Counted from the first letter of the stretch, positions 8,809-17,934 are shown. The stretch: DNA of 64,000 nt from an uncultured Gammaproteobacteria bacterium (GCA_964355175.1 CAYHBZ010000001.1:64445-128444); one strand, 5' to 3'. The notes: generated by a model from the sequence alone, not told the origin. Numbers and translations are program-made.

Positions 8809-9860
8809 CCTCAGCGGTAGCGCCAAAAAAACGCAATCATTTTATTTCATATATCAAAGGTTACGCTATCTTGAGTGTGCTTTTAATTCATATGATTGAT
8901 TGGTCCAATGTTATCATTGGACCGACTGGCATGTGGCTTAAAGAGCTTTTATATCCAGGCGTATTTTTCTTTATGGCCACTTCGGGTAGTGTGGTATATA
9001 TTGCGTATGCCAAATCGGAGACTTGGATCAAACCGGCCAAAAAATTATTTTTGCGCGGTCTGCAGTTGATAGGAATTTATTACGCGTACAACATCGTTAA
9101 ATTATTTATTTATGATTTTTCCAAAGAACCTTTTTATTGGCAGTTTACCAATAATGGTACGATGAGTCTAAAAAATATCGTGGAGCTCCGGGCCTATTCT
9201 GCCCCGATTTCTATTTTGATTACTATCGGCGTGATGATAATGTTATCGCCCTTACTTTTGGCTATTAGTAGAAAAATTAAATTCCCAAATTTAGTTCTTT
9301 CTCTTTTACTGACCGCTCTGCTGTATGCGGTTTATTGGCATACTTGGAGCGGCCCAATCGCTGATTTCCTATTTGCGCGCACCAATGTTATGTTTCCGAT
9401 AGCGCTTTGGTCTATTCCATTTTTAATCGGATATTTATTGGCCTCTTTCGGATTTGAAGAAAAAAGGAAATGGTGGGTATTAATTTTTGTGCCCCTGATG
9501 GCAGTATTTTATTATCTACGCGCGAAAACCGGCCTGGAGTTGAAGCCGTCGCATTCTATGTACCCGCTCCAAGCGTATTATATGGCAGCATCTTTATTCT
9601 TTGTTAGTATTTTATTTTATCTTTTTGCTTGGACCGAAAAAATACCTCTAGCATTGACGAAGAAAAAATTGGCGCTAATCAGATTTTTGGGTGATTACAC
9701 TTTGTCGGTTTATATTTGGCATTGGATAGTGGTGGATATTACCATTTGGATTTTTTATCCAAATACCAAATTAATTTGGGCTACAGTGATCGGATTTTTG
9801 TTGTTGTATATATTTATTAAGCGTGCTAAATTTAAGGAGTATTTAATGAACCAAGTTTAA
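8793..9860 (+). CDS. acyltransferase family 3 (membrane O-acyltransferase)
   Basis: ~10 TM helices; N-terminal [13 protein letters not shown] resembling the acyltransferase_3 signature. Confidence 0.45.
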   Translation: MPQAITSAVAPKKRNHFISYIKGYAILSVLLIHMIDWSNVIIGPTGMWLKELLYPGVFFFMATSGSVVYIAYAKSETWIKPAKKLFLRGLQLIGIYYAYNIVKLFIYDFSKEPFYWQFTNNGTMSLKNIVELRAYSAPISILITIGVMIMLSPLLLAISRKIKFPNLVLSLLLTALLYAVYWHTWSGPIADFLFARTNVMFPIALWSIPFLIGYLLASFGFEEKRKWWVLIFVPLMAVFYYLRAKTGLELKPSHSMYPLQAYYMAASLFFVSILFYLFAWTEKIPLALTKKKLALIRFLGDYTLSVYIWHWIVVDITIWIFYPNTKLIWATVIGFLLLYIFIKRAKFKEYLMNQV

Positions 9861-9863
9861 TAT

Positions 9864-10361
9864 ATGGATTTCTTAGCAATCTTCGCAGCTCAGTATTTAA
9901 TTTTTATAATTATTGCGGTCGGAATAGCTTTTTTCTTACACCGTCCGCGTGCCGAGAAAAGAGAAATTTTAGTTTTTTCTTTTATCACTTTGCCAATTAT
10001 TTTTATCGTTTCTAGAATTTGCGCGGCGTTGTATTACAACCCACGTCCTTTTGTGGATAATCAATTTCTGGCTTTAATACCACACAAACCAAACAATGGT
10101 TTTCCATCCGATCACACTCTGCTGTCCAGCGCTGTCGCCATGGTTGTCTGGCATTTCCACAAAAAAGTTGGTTATCTTTTATTGGCCTTGGCACTGCTCG
10201 TCGGTTTAGCTCGCGTCTATGTGGGCGTTCATCATTATTTAGATATTTTTACCAGTTTAATTATTAGTTTTGTGATAGTGTTGATAATAGAAAAAACAAT
10301 TTGGACAAAAATAAAATCACACCACAATTTTTTCGCCTTTTTTGATAGAATTAGATTCTAA
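9864..10361 (+). CDS. PAP2-family phosphatase (undecaprenyl-diphosphatase-like)
   Basis: PAP2 motifs PSDH (PSGH-like) and RVYVGVHHYLD (SR-x5-H-x3-D). Confidence 0.6.
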   Translation: MDFLAIFAAQYLIFIIIAVGIAFFLHRPRAEKREILVFSFITLPIIFIVSRICAALYYNPRPFVDNQFLALIPHKPNNGFPSDHTLLSSAVAMVVWHFHKKVGYLLLALALLVGLARVYVGVHHYLDIFTSLIISFVIVLIIEKTIWTKIKSHHNFFAFFDRIRF

Positions 10362-10423
10362 ATACTTAGAGAAAATGTCGCAAAAATAATTTTCTCTTGA
10401 CTAAATTTAATATAATTGATTTA

Positions 10424-10757
10424 CTTCCTTCCATCACGCGATGGTTCTCGCGTGAATGGAGGGCCGATGGCCTATAAAATCAAATGGGGACAAAGGAGCA
10501 ATCTGCGCTACCGTTGGACATGTACCCGCCCATGGGATCGTGGACCGTGCGGAGCGGAGAACGAAAAGCACCGGCAGAATTGCTGGAACTGCAATCGCGA
10601 ATTCAGTCCCGACCTCAGCAAAAAAGCAGCTTGATTATGGGCCTTGGCGGCCTCGATGCCACTCTCGCAGTGGCAGGGGTCGAGAAAACAACTCGCACCC
10701 CACATTAATAGACTATAATAGCCCATTGATGTGGAGAAAAGGCGAGTTGTTTTTGTT
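10424..10757 (+). ncRNA. GC-rich structured RNA candidate of unknown class (~330 nt)
   Basis: GC-rich and stop-poor on both strands, unlike the AT-rich flanks; multiple hairpins (CCAUCACGCGA/UCGCGUGAAUGG; GGCC-N-GGCC x2; GCCACU/AGUGGC); ends in a stem plus U-tract (gcgaguuguuuuuguuuu); no convincing tRNA-like domain, RNase P P4 or SRP motif found by eye; strand uncertain. Confidence 0.3.
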
Positions 10758-10786
10758 TTGACAAATTCATCCTGTTTTAGTATAAT
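10758..10786 (+). promoter_or_regulatory. perfect sigma70 consensus promoter TTGACA-17-TATAAT for proS
   Basis: exact consensus hexamers with 17-nt spacer immediately after the upstream U-tract; near-leaderless proS transcript predicted. Confidence 0.6.
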
Positions 10787-10810
10787 AACCCCGTATTTTT
10801 ATTGTATTTT

Positions 10811-12037
10811 ATGTACTATTCCAAACTTTTTGGCAAAACCAGTAAGACAGTTTCAGCTGACGAAGAGAGTGTTAACGCTCAATTTCTTATCAGAGGCGGC
10901 TTTGTAAGTAAACAGATGGCGGGGGTATACAATTATTTACCTTTAGGTTTGCGTGTTTTGACCAAAATTCAAAACATTGTGCGCGAAGAAATGACCGAGA
11001 TTGGTGGAAATGAAATTCTCATGCCGACTCTTACTCAGGAAGAAAGCTATAAGACCACCGGACGCGACAACATGGATGTGCTTTTTCATACTGAAGGTCC
11101 AGGTGGTGCCAAATATGTACTCAATCCTACTCACGAAGAAATTGTTACACCGCTCGTACAAAAATATACCTTTTCTTACAACGATTTACCATTGGCAGTT
11201 TTTCAAATCCAAAATAAATACCGTAACGAACCACGCGCCAAATCCGGTATCTTGCGCGGCCGTGAATTCAATATGAAAGATTTGTATTCTTTTCACACCG
11301 GCGAAGAAAGTTTAAATGAGTTTTACGAAATCGCAAAAAAAGCTTACCACAAAGTATACGCTCGTTTAGGGTTGGGCGATCTTACTGTTCTTACCTACGC
11401 CTCCGGCGGTGCCTTTAGTCGTTACTCTCATGAATTTCAAACTCTATGTGAAGTTGGAGAAGACACTGTTTATTTTTGTGAAAAATGCCGCATTGGTATT
11501 AATAAAGAAATTATTGCTGACCAAAATTCTTGTCCGGAATGTGGCAATGTGGATCTGGCAGAAAAAAAAGGTATTGAAGTTGGAAACATCTTTAAATTAG
11601 GCACTAGATTTACCGATGCCTTTGAATTCAAATATCTAGACGCCGAAGGTAAAGAACAGCCTATTCCAATGGGTTGCTACGGTATTGGTCCCTCCCGTAT
11701 CATGGGTACGCTTGTAGAAGTATTTCACGACGACAAAGGTATAAAATGGCCGGAAAGTGTGGCGCCTTTTAAATATCATCTATTAGCCCTAGGAAAAGAA
11801 GATGAAACCTTTGTTGAAGCGGAGAAGATTTATAAAAATCTGGTTTCACAAGGCGTTGAAGTGCTATACGATGATCGTCGCGGCGTGACTGCTGGTGAAA
11901 AATTTGCTGACGCTGATTTAATCGGTTTGCCAATTCGTCTTGTAGTAAGCAAAAAAACTTTAGCCGAAAACTCAGTAGAACAAAAACTTCGCAACGAAAC
12001 CGAAGCTAGCTTGATAAAAATATCGGATCTGTTATAA
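10811..12037 (+). CDS. proS: prolyl-tRNA synthetase, short bacterial type without INS editing domain
   Basis: N-terminus aligns to bacterial ProRS (SKLFGKT...ADEES...LIRGGF...GVYNYLPLGLRV); class II motifs; C-terminal zinc-binding CEKC...CPECG; the ORF track starts at TTG 10802, the first ATG is 10811. Confidence 0.8.
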   Translation: MYYSKLFGKTSKTVSADEESVNAQFLIRGGFVSKQMAGVYNYLPLGLRVLTKIQNIVREEMTEIGGNEILMPTLTQEESYKTTGRDNMDVLFHTEGPGGAKYVLNPTHEEIVTPLVQKYTFSYNDLPLAVFQIQNKYRNEPRAKSGILRGREFNMKDLYSFHTGEESLNEFYEIAKKAYHKVYARLGLGDLTVLTYASGGAFSRYSHEFQTLCEVGEDTVYFCEKCRIGINKEIIADQNSCPECGNVDLAEKKGIEVGNIFKLGTRFTDAFEFKYLDAEGKEQPIPMGCYGIGPSRIMGTLVEVFHDDKGIKWPESVAPFKYHLLALGKEDETFVEAEKIYKNLVSQGVEVLYDDRRGVTAGEKFADADLIGLPIRLVVSKKTLAENSVEQKLRNETEASLIKISDLL

Positions 12038-12072
12038 ATCAAATAGGTTTAATCTCTGTAATTCTGTAATGT

Positions 12073-12720
12073 ATGCTTAATGCTGAAACGGTAAAGGAAA
12101 TCCACGCTAGTCTTTCAAAAATATTTCCAAATAATTTGGTTCTTATTGGTGGTAGCTATGCGGATCAAAAAGCTGTCGCCGATAGTGATCTGGACATCTT
12201 TCTTCTTTGCAGTTGGAATTTTTTCTTTAATCGAAAAAAGTACCAACCGCTAGTAAAGGATTTGAAAAGTAAATTTCCTCAATTGCAGATAATGCTCGTA
12301 CCAAATTTATTTTTTAAGTATGGTTGGTATAAGGTGTCTGGCACCGACATAAGCGGCCAAAGATACTCCTCGCCTTTGAATAAAAAAATAGTTTTTCGCA
12401 ATGCCGTAAAGCTTGCTTATTTTTATCTCCTCAAGTCTATCGATTCGCACCGCAAAGATTATTGGAAAAAACAATCGGACAAGCAAGCGTCTATTGCCAA
12501 AGAAAATTCAGCGGGAGAGAGTACTGAAAAATTAATGTCATTTTCTCTGTCCAATTATTTTATCTACAATCTTAAATTTATTCCCAAGGGTGACTTTCAG
12601 TTTTTATTTTCAAATCCGGATAAAAAAATTATTAACCTGCTCAAAGAAAAAGTAAAACAGAATAGCAACGCCGGACTATCGGCCATAGAAAAAATAGTTT
12701 TCCCCGTAATCATTTGGTAA
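12073..12720 (+). CDS. Pol-beta-superfamily nucleotidyltransferase domain protein
   Basis: LIGGSYADQKAVADSDLDIFLL = hG[GS]-x9-DxD NTase signature; C-terminal extension of unknown function. Confidence 0.4.
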   Translation: MLNAETVKEIHASLSKIFPNNLVLIGGSYADQKAVADSDLDIFLLCSWNFFFNRKKYQPLVKDLKSKFPQLQIMLVPNLFFKYGWYKVSGTDISGQRYSSPLNKKIVFRNAVKLAYFYLLKSIDSHRKDYWKKQSDKQASIAKENSAGESTEKLMSFSLSNYFIYNLKFIPKGDFQFLFSNPDKKIINLLKEKVKQNSNAGLSAIEKIVFPVIIW

Positions 12721-12723
12721 GCT

Positions 12724-13857
12724 ATGAACATCATCGCTCATTTTGACGAGATTTTTCTCAAAGGATCAAATCAAAAACATTTTATTTCCCGGTTAATTCA
12801 AAACCTGGAATTTTTGTTTAAGGGCATAAAAGTAAGCCGAATTGAGAGTGGTCTATGGATAGAAAATTTTGAAGAGGTGGAATTAGCGCGTCTAGCCCTT
12901 ATTCCCGGTATCGCCAATTTTGCACCGGCCTGGCTAGCAAAGCCGGAATTAAAGCACATTATCACATTAGCCGAAAGCCAAAATTGGGGAGGGGATATAA
13001 AAACTTTCCGTGTCAAAGCCGAACGCTCGGATAAAAATTTTCCACTCACCTCAATTGAAGTAGAAAAAGAAGTTGGATCGGCCATTAATATCAAATTTGG
13101 CTACAAAGTAAAATTAAAAGATCCAGAATTTAATTTGCATGTGAACATCGCCAAAGATCGCGCGATTGTGTTTGGTAATACTGTGCCTGGCGCGGGCGGA
13201 TTACCATCTGGCACAGCCGGCAAGGTGCTCTGTTTGCTCTCTGGAGGCATCGATAGCCCAATTGCGGCCTATCATATGATGCGCCGTGGCGCCACGATAG
13301 AATTGGTGCATTTTCAAAATCAAACCAAAGTTACTCAAGAAGTTTCTCAAAAAATTATTGACCTAGCAGAAGTATTATCCCAATACCAAGGTAAAATCAC
13401 TTTACATATCGTGCCGTTTGAACATTGGCAGAAACAAACCGTAATGAAAGTGCCATCTGATTATCGCATGCTTATTACTCGCCGCTTGATGTTTAAAATC
13501 AGTGAAGTAATTGCCGATAAAATTGACGCTCAAGCACTGGTGACCGGTGATTCCCTAGGCCAAGTCGCTTCGCAAACTTTAGAAAACTTGGATGTAGTAT
13601 ATTCCGCTACCAATATGCTGAAATTATCTCCACTAATTGGCGCCAATAAAATTGATATCATGAATTTGGCTAGAAAAATCGGTACACTGGAAATTTCCAA
13701 TCGTCCTTATGAAGATTGTTGCAGTCTCTTTGTCTCCAAACATCCTCAAACCAAAGCCCGACAAAGAGAAATAGATAAAATTGAAACCAATCTGGATTTT
13801 TCTGAGCTAAAAGACACGCCTTATATGTCATACAAAATAGGGATGACAAAAGAATAA
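12724..13857 (+). CDS. thiI: tRNA 4-thiouridine synthase ThiI
   Basis: THUMP-like N-terminus; PP-loop SGGIDSP; ThiI-like C-terminus. Confidence 0.8.
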   Translation: MNIIAHFDEIFLKGSNQKHFISRLIQNLEFLFKGIKVSRIESGLWIENFEEVELARLALIPGIANFAPAWLAKPELKHIITLAESQNWGGDIKTFRVKAERSDKNFPLTSIEVEKEVGSAINIKFGYKVKLKDPEFNLHVNIAKDRAIVFGNTVPGAGGLPSGTAGKVLCLLSGGIDSPIAAYHMMRRGATIELVHFQNQTKVTQEVSQKIIDLAEVLSQYQGKITLHIVPFEHWQKQTVMKVPSDYRMLITRRLMFKISEVIADKIDAQALVTGDSLGQVASQTLENLDVVYSATNMLKLSPLIGANKIDIMNLARKIGTLEISNRPYEDCCSLFVSKHPQTKARQREIDKIETNLDFSELKDTPYMSYKIGMTKE

Positions 13858-13891
13858 AAATTCTGTATAATAATAATACTTCTTAACAATC

Positions 13892-13959
13892 GTCATTCTG
13901 AGTGAAACGAAGAATCCCTTAAAGTTTGGCAAGGGATCCTTCGCTGCGTTCAGAATGAC
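13892..13959. repeat. palindromic intergenic repeat, copy A (GTCATTCTGAGTG...CGTTCAGAATGAC)
   Basis: near-perfect inverted repeat, ~29-bp arms, directly after the thiI stop; shares termini and internal GAATCCC/GGGATCC core with 5 other loci. Confidence 0.8.
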
Positions 13960-13976
13960 AATAAAAAATATAAAAT

Positions 13977-14579
13977 ATGCCATACGAAGTAGTATTTGAT
14001 ATTGAAACCCAAAATACCTTTGCTGAAGTAAACAACGATTTTAAGAAATTAAAAATTTCGGTTGTTTCTATTTATCGTAGCGATACCGACGCCTATGAAA
14101 GCTTTACGGAGAGTGAGCTCAGTCGCCTGTGGCCAATTCTTGAGAAATCCAACCGTATCATCGGTTTCAACAGCGAACACTTTGATGTGCCGGTGTTGAA
14201 CAACTATTATTTAGGTGACCTTTCACAGTTACCGCACCTAGATATCATGAAAGAAGTGAGAAGTAGCCTAGGTATTCGCCTCAAACTTTCTAGCATCGCC
14301 GAAGCTACTCTGGATAATGTCACGAAAAGCGCGGACGGTCTCGCCGCTATTCGTTGGTGGAAAGAAGGAAAAATTGATGAAATTAAAAAATATTGTGAGC
14401 AGGATGTGCGCGTGACCAAAGAATTGTATGATTTTGGTGTTACCAACAAACAGCTTTTTTACAAAAATCTTACTGGTGAAATTCTGCCCTTTGCCGTAAA
14501 TTTCGCGAAACCGGAAAAACCCCTCAACGCCAGTGGCGCTCCGGCTAACGCCAATATCAATTATACTTTGCCTTTTTAA
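13977..14579 (+). CDS. DEDD-type 3'-5' exonuclease (DnaQ/RNase T-like fold)
   Basis: VFDIETQ (Exo I D-x-E), FNSEHFDVPVL (Exo II), C-terminal YCEQD (Exo III-like). Confidence 0.5.
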   Translation: MPYEVVFDIETQNTFAEVNNDFKKLKISVVSIYRSDTDAYESFTESELSRLWPILEKSNRIIGFNSEHFDVPVLNNYYLGDLSQLPHLDIMKEVRSSLGIRLKLSSIAEATLDNVTKSADGLAAIRWWKEGKIDEIKKYCEQDVRVTKELYDFGVTNKQLFYKNLTGEILPFAVNFAKPEKPLNASGAPANANINYTLPF

Positions 14580-14580
14580 T

Positions 14581-14982
14581 ATGTTTAGTATTCGCCGCGA
14601 AACTGATTATGCCATCAAGCTGTTAAAAGCTTTGAGCCAATCAAAAAGGGACACGGTGATGTCTTTAAATAAAATTTCCAAAAATACAAAAATTTCTTTT
14701 TTGTTTTTACAAAAAATTGCCCGCAAATTACGCCTAGCAGGCTTAATTGAAGCGCACCAAGGAGTGGAGGGTGGGTATCGTCTTAAAATTGAATCCAAAA
14801 AAATCTCTCTTAAAAAAATAATCGAAGCTACCGAAGGGAAATGTTGTATAATTGCTTGTAATAATGAAAAAAAATTAGATTGCTGTCCGGGAGATTCCAG
14901 CACCCCTTCTCAAAAAAAATTAATAAAAATTAATAAAAAAATTGTTAAAATTCTAGATCAGACCAAACTTAGCCAAATATAA
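14581..14982 (+). CDS. Rrf2-family transcriptional regulator (IscR/NsrR-like)
   Basis: N-terminal wHTH (RRETDYAIKLLKALS...ISKNTKIS..FLQKIARKLRLAGLIEAHQGVEGGYRL); C-terminal Cys cluster CCIIAC...C; start moved to ATG 14581 to avoid overlap. Confidence 0.7.
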   Translation: MFSIRRETDYAIKLLKALSQSKRDTVMSLNKISKNTKISFLFLQKIARKLRLAGLIEAHQGVEGGYRLKIESKKISLKKIIEATEGKCCIIACNNEKKLDCCPGDSSTPSQKKLIKINKKIVKILDQTKLSQI

Positions 14983-14984
14983 TT

Positions 14985-16193
14985 ATGATACCAAAACCAA
15001 AGAAAATTAAAGAAATATATTTGGACCACGCCGCTACTACTTATACCGACCCACAGGTAGTAAAGGCGATGTTACCTTACTTTACCGAAATTTATGGCAA
15101 CCCCTCGGCTTTATACCACAAAGGAATAGAAGCAAACGGTGCGCTAAATGATGCCCGGCGCACTGTTTCCAAGCTAATCGGCGCCTTGCCGGAAAATATT
15201 ATTTTTACTGCCGGCGGAAGTGAATCGGATAATTTGGCAATTTATGGAATCGCTGAGGCATATAGTGACAAAGGGAAACATATTATCACCACGGCTATTG
15301 AACATCATGCCGTCTCACATCCTTTTGAGGATCTAAAAAAACAAGGATGGGAAGTCACTTACCTAAAAGTAGATGAGGAAGGATTTGTAGATATAAATGA
15401 ATTTAAGAAAGCTTTACGCCCAGATACTGTTTTGGTTTCTGTAATGTATGCCAACAATGAGATTGGTACTGTCGAGCCAATTAGTGAAATTGGTCGTGAA
15501 ATTTTAAAATACCGCAAAGATAATAATACCGCCTATCCATATTTTCATACCGACGCCTGTCAGGCCGCGGAGTATTTATCACTTGATGTAGAAAAATTGC
15601 ACACAGACCTGATGACAATCAACGGTAGTAAAATTTATGGACCAAAAGGAATTGGTATACTATATGTACGCCGTGGTGTAAAAATTAAGCCACAAATAGT
15701 AGGTGGTGGCCAAGAGCGCCATTTGCGCGCCGGCACGGAAAATGTTCCTGCTATCATAGGTTTTGCCAAAGCTCTAGAGCTGGCCCAAGAAAATGGATCC
15801 AAAGAAAATGCTCGCCTGACAAAACTTACCGAATATTTTTTAAAAGAATTGGAAGAAAAAATTCCAAAAATAAAATTAAATGGCCCGCCGATTGGACCAG
15901 AGCGTTTGCCCAACAACCTAAACATTGCCTTTGAGGATGTAGAAGGGGAGGCGCTGTTGCTATATTTAGATGAGTATGGCATCATGTGCTCCAATGGTAG
16001 CGCTTGCACCAGCGAATTGGTAGAGCCCTCACATGTGCTCACTGCCATGGGACTGAGCCCCAAGCTAGCTCAAAGCAGTATTCGCTTTACTCTGGGACAC
16101 AACACCGCAAAAGATGACATTGATTATGTGATGAAATATTTGCCCGAAATAGTTCAAGGATTGCGGGAAATTAATAAAATAAATTCCAAATAA
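14985..16193 (+). CDS. cysteine desulfurase (NifS/IscS-like, class V aminotransferase)
   Basis: PLP-fold; SGSESDNLAI; active-site loop SNGSACTS with catalytic Cys. Confidence 0.85.
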   Translation: MIPKPKKIKEIYLDHAATTYTDPQVVKAMLPYFTEIYGNPSALYHKGIEANGALNDARRTVSKLIGALPENIIFTAGGSESDNLAIYGIAEAYSDKGKHIITTAIEHHAVSHPFEDLKKQGWEVTYLKVDEEGFVDINEFKKALRPDTVLVSVMYANNEIGTVEPISEIGREILKYRKDNNTAYPYFHTDACQAAEYLSLDVEKLHTDLMTINGSKIYGPKGIGILYVRRGVKIKPQIVGGGQERHLRAGTENVPAIIGFAKALELAQENGSKENARLTKLTEYFLKELEEKIPKIKLNGPPIGPERLPNNLNIAFEDVEGEALLLYLDEYGIMCSNGSACTSELVEPSHVLTAMGLSPKLAQSSIRFTLGHNTAKDDIDYVMKYLPEIVQGLREINKINSK

Positions 16194-16196
16194 TAT

Positions 16197-16520
16197 ATGA
16201 GTGACAATAATGTGCGTGTTTGCTGTGGGATGACCTGCGGCGTGATGGGAGCCGGTAAAATCATGAGAAAAATAGAAGCTGAAACTGGAGTCAAGCAAGG
16301 TGAACATGATGACAAGACAGACTTGGCTTATTGCACCTGTACTGGCAATTGCCATGTGGCGCCCAGTGTGATGGTAAATGGAAATTTTATTCACGAAGCT
16401 AAAGAAGAAACTATTATGTCCGAAATTGAAGAAACCGCCAAACAACCAAAACAAGAAACTACAATTTCGGATGCGACGATTGATGAAATTTTGAATAATG
16501 ATTTTCTCAATGATGTCTAA
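16197..16520 (+). CDS. thioredoxin-like [2Fe-2S] ferredoxin (NuoE-like fold)
   Basis: Cys ligand pattern CC-x3-C ... C-x-C-x3-C (VRVCCGMTCG...YCTCTGNCHVAP), typical spacing of Trx-like ferredoxins. Confidence 0.45.
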   Translation: MSDNNVRVCCGMTCGVMGAGKIMRKIEAETGVKQGEHDDKTDLAYCTCTGNCHVAPSVMVNGNFIHEAKEETIMSEIEETAKQPKQETTISDATIDEILNNDFLNDV

Positions 16521-16522
16521 AC

Positions 16523-17176
16523 ATGTCTGAAATTATTACTACATATTTACTCGATGATTTGGATCAGCCTATACCAATGGATAGGACTGAATTTTATGAT
16601 AGTCAAATAGAACTTGCAAAGAAAGGTGAAAAACCCAATAGAGCAATTGGGGTTGCGCAAATTTTATTGTTTACTCAAGACGGAGATATAATTATCCAAA
16701 AACGCTCTAGATCCAAAAAACACAATCCTGAAAAACTTGATAAAACCGTAGGAGGACATATAGTATTTGGTGATTCGCCAAGCTATACGGTGATGGCAGA
16801 AACTTTACAAGAAATGTCTATCCCAGCTTTTGTATTAAACTCAGAAGAAGACTTTAGAAAAACTTTCAAACTTCTTTCCGGTCATTTAAGCAATTCGGCC
16901 CTAATCCAGTTTATCGATAGCCATACCGATACTTTTATAAAAGAATTTTCTGGACATGAAAAAGTTTCTATTATAAACAAGTATTATTTCTATATTGGTG
17001 TCTACAACGGCTCAATTAGACCAGCTGACAAAGAAGCCGCTGGAATTTTGTTTTATAACTTTGACCAACTAAAAAAAGAAATTACTGAAAATCCACAAAT
17101 TTTCACATCCGATCTAAAATTCTTTATTGATAAATACAATAATAAAATTAATAAGTTTTTAACTAAAATCAAGTAA
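16523..17176 (+). CDS. hypothetical protein with degenerate Nudix-like box
   Basis: GGHIVFGDSPSYTVMAETLQE resembles GX5EX7REUXEE with substitutions; otherwise no clear domain. Confidence 0.3.
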   Translation: MSEIITTYLLDDLDQPIPMDRTEFYDSQIELAKKGEKPNRAIGVAQILLFTQDGDIIIQKRSRSKKHNPEKLDKTVGGHIVFGDSPSYTVMAETLQEMSIPAFVLNSEEDFRKTFKLLSGHLSNSALIQFIDSHTDTFIKEFSGHEKVSIINKYYFYIGVYNGSIRPADKEAAGILFYNFDQLKKEITENPQIFTSDLKFFIDKYNNKINKFLTKIK

Positions 17177-17267
17177 AAGGCCAATAATATTGACAAAAAC
17201 TAAAAACCTTCGAAACTCGGGGGTTTTATTGATTTTAAACGGATAATCTGTTATTATATATAGGATT

Positions 17268-17930
17268 ATGTCTGGAAAACTCTTTATTGTAGCTACGCCG
17301 ATAGGCAACCTATCCGACATCACTTTACGCGCTTTAGAAACTCTCAAAAGCGTGGATTTTATTTTATGCGAAGATACGCGTGTGAGTAAAAAATTATTAG
17401 ATCATTACGAAATAAAAAAATCCCTGATTAGCTACCACCAACACAGTGATTATAAAAAAGTAAAAGAAATAAAAGATTTACTCGATGCGGAAAAAAATCT
17501 GGCACTAATTACGGATGCCGGCACACCGGGTATAAGCGATCCTGGGAATATGCTTATTGCCGAGTTATTAAAAAATAATGTGACCATAGTGCCAATTCCA
17601 GGCGTGTCCGCAATCGCCACCGCCCTAAGTGTCTGCGGATTCCCAACCGATAAATTTTTATTTCTTGGATTTCCTCCACATAAAAACAAACGCCAAAAAT
17701 TTTTTAAAGAAGCGGTATCACATGAATTTACAACTGCTTTTTACGAATCCGGCCACAGAATCATGAAATGTCTAAAAGAGCTCAAAGAATATGCGGATCC
17801 CAAACGCCAAATCATGGTAGGCAGAGAGCTTACGAAGCAATTTGAAACCATTTACCGAGGTACAATCGACGAAATAATGAGTCAAATGAAGGAAGAAAGA
17901 GGGGAATTTGTAGTAATAATTAGCCGCTAA
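17268..17930 (+). CDS. rsmI: 16S rRNA (cytidine1402-2'-O)-methyltransferase RsmI
   Basis: LFIVATPIGNLSDITLRALETLK...FILCEDTR matches the RsmI tetrapyrrole-methylase-like signature. Confidence 0.8.
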   Translation: MSGKLFIVATPIGNLSDITLRALETLKSVDFILCEDTRVSKKLLDHYEIKKSLISYHQHSDYKKVKEIKDLLDAEKNLALITDAGTPGISDPGNMLIAELLKNNVTIVPIPGVSAIATALSVCGFPTDKFLFLGFPPHKNKRQKFFKEAVSHEFTTAFYESGHRIMKCLKELKEYADPKRQIMVGRELTKQFETIYRGTIDEIMSQMKEERGEFVVIISR

Positions 17931-17934
17931 TCCT

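Noticed and set aside
10424-10757. tmRNA (ssrA): a reading frame ends ...SKKAA-UGA, reminiscent of a tag peptide
   Set aside because: No 7-bp acceptor stem pairing the ends, no canonical T-arm (GGUUCRANUCC) on either strand, and no UUCGAC D-analogue. The tag-like ending alone is weak evidence, so I kept it as 'unknown structured RNA'.
10416-10761. Cluster of overlapping 70-100-aa ORFs on both strands (10416-10761; same situation at 54519-54854)
   Set aside because: Stop codons are AT-rich, so GC-rich non-coding DNA yields open frames on all strands. The products are low-complexity R/P/G/A-rich strings. I interpret these as signatures of structured RNA rather than genes.
10424-10801. T-box riboswitch leader for proS (GUGGACCGUGCGG resembles the T-box sequence)
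   Set aside because: The match is imperfect, no clear specifier loop with a Pro codon was identified, and a perfect sigma70 promoter lies downstream of the terminator-like stem. A T-box needs the promoter upstream of the leader.
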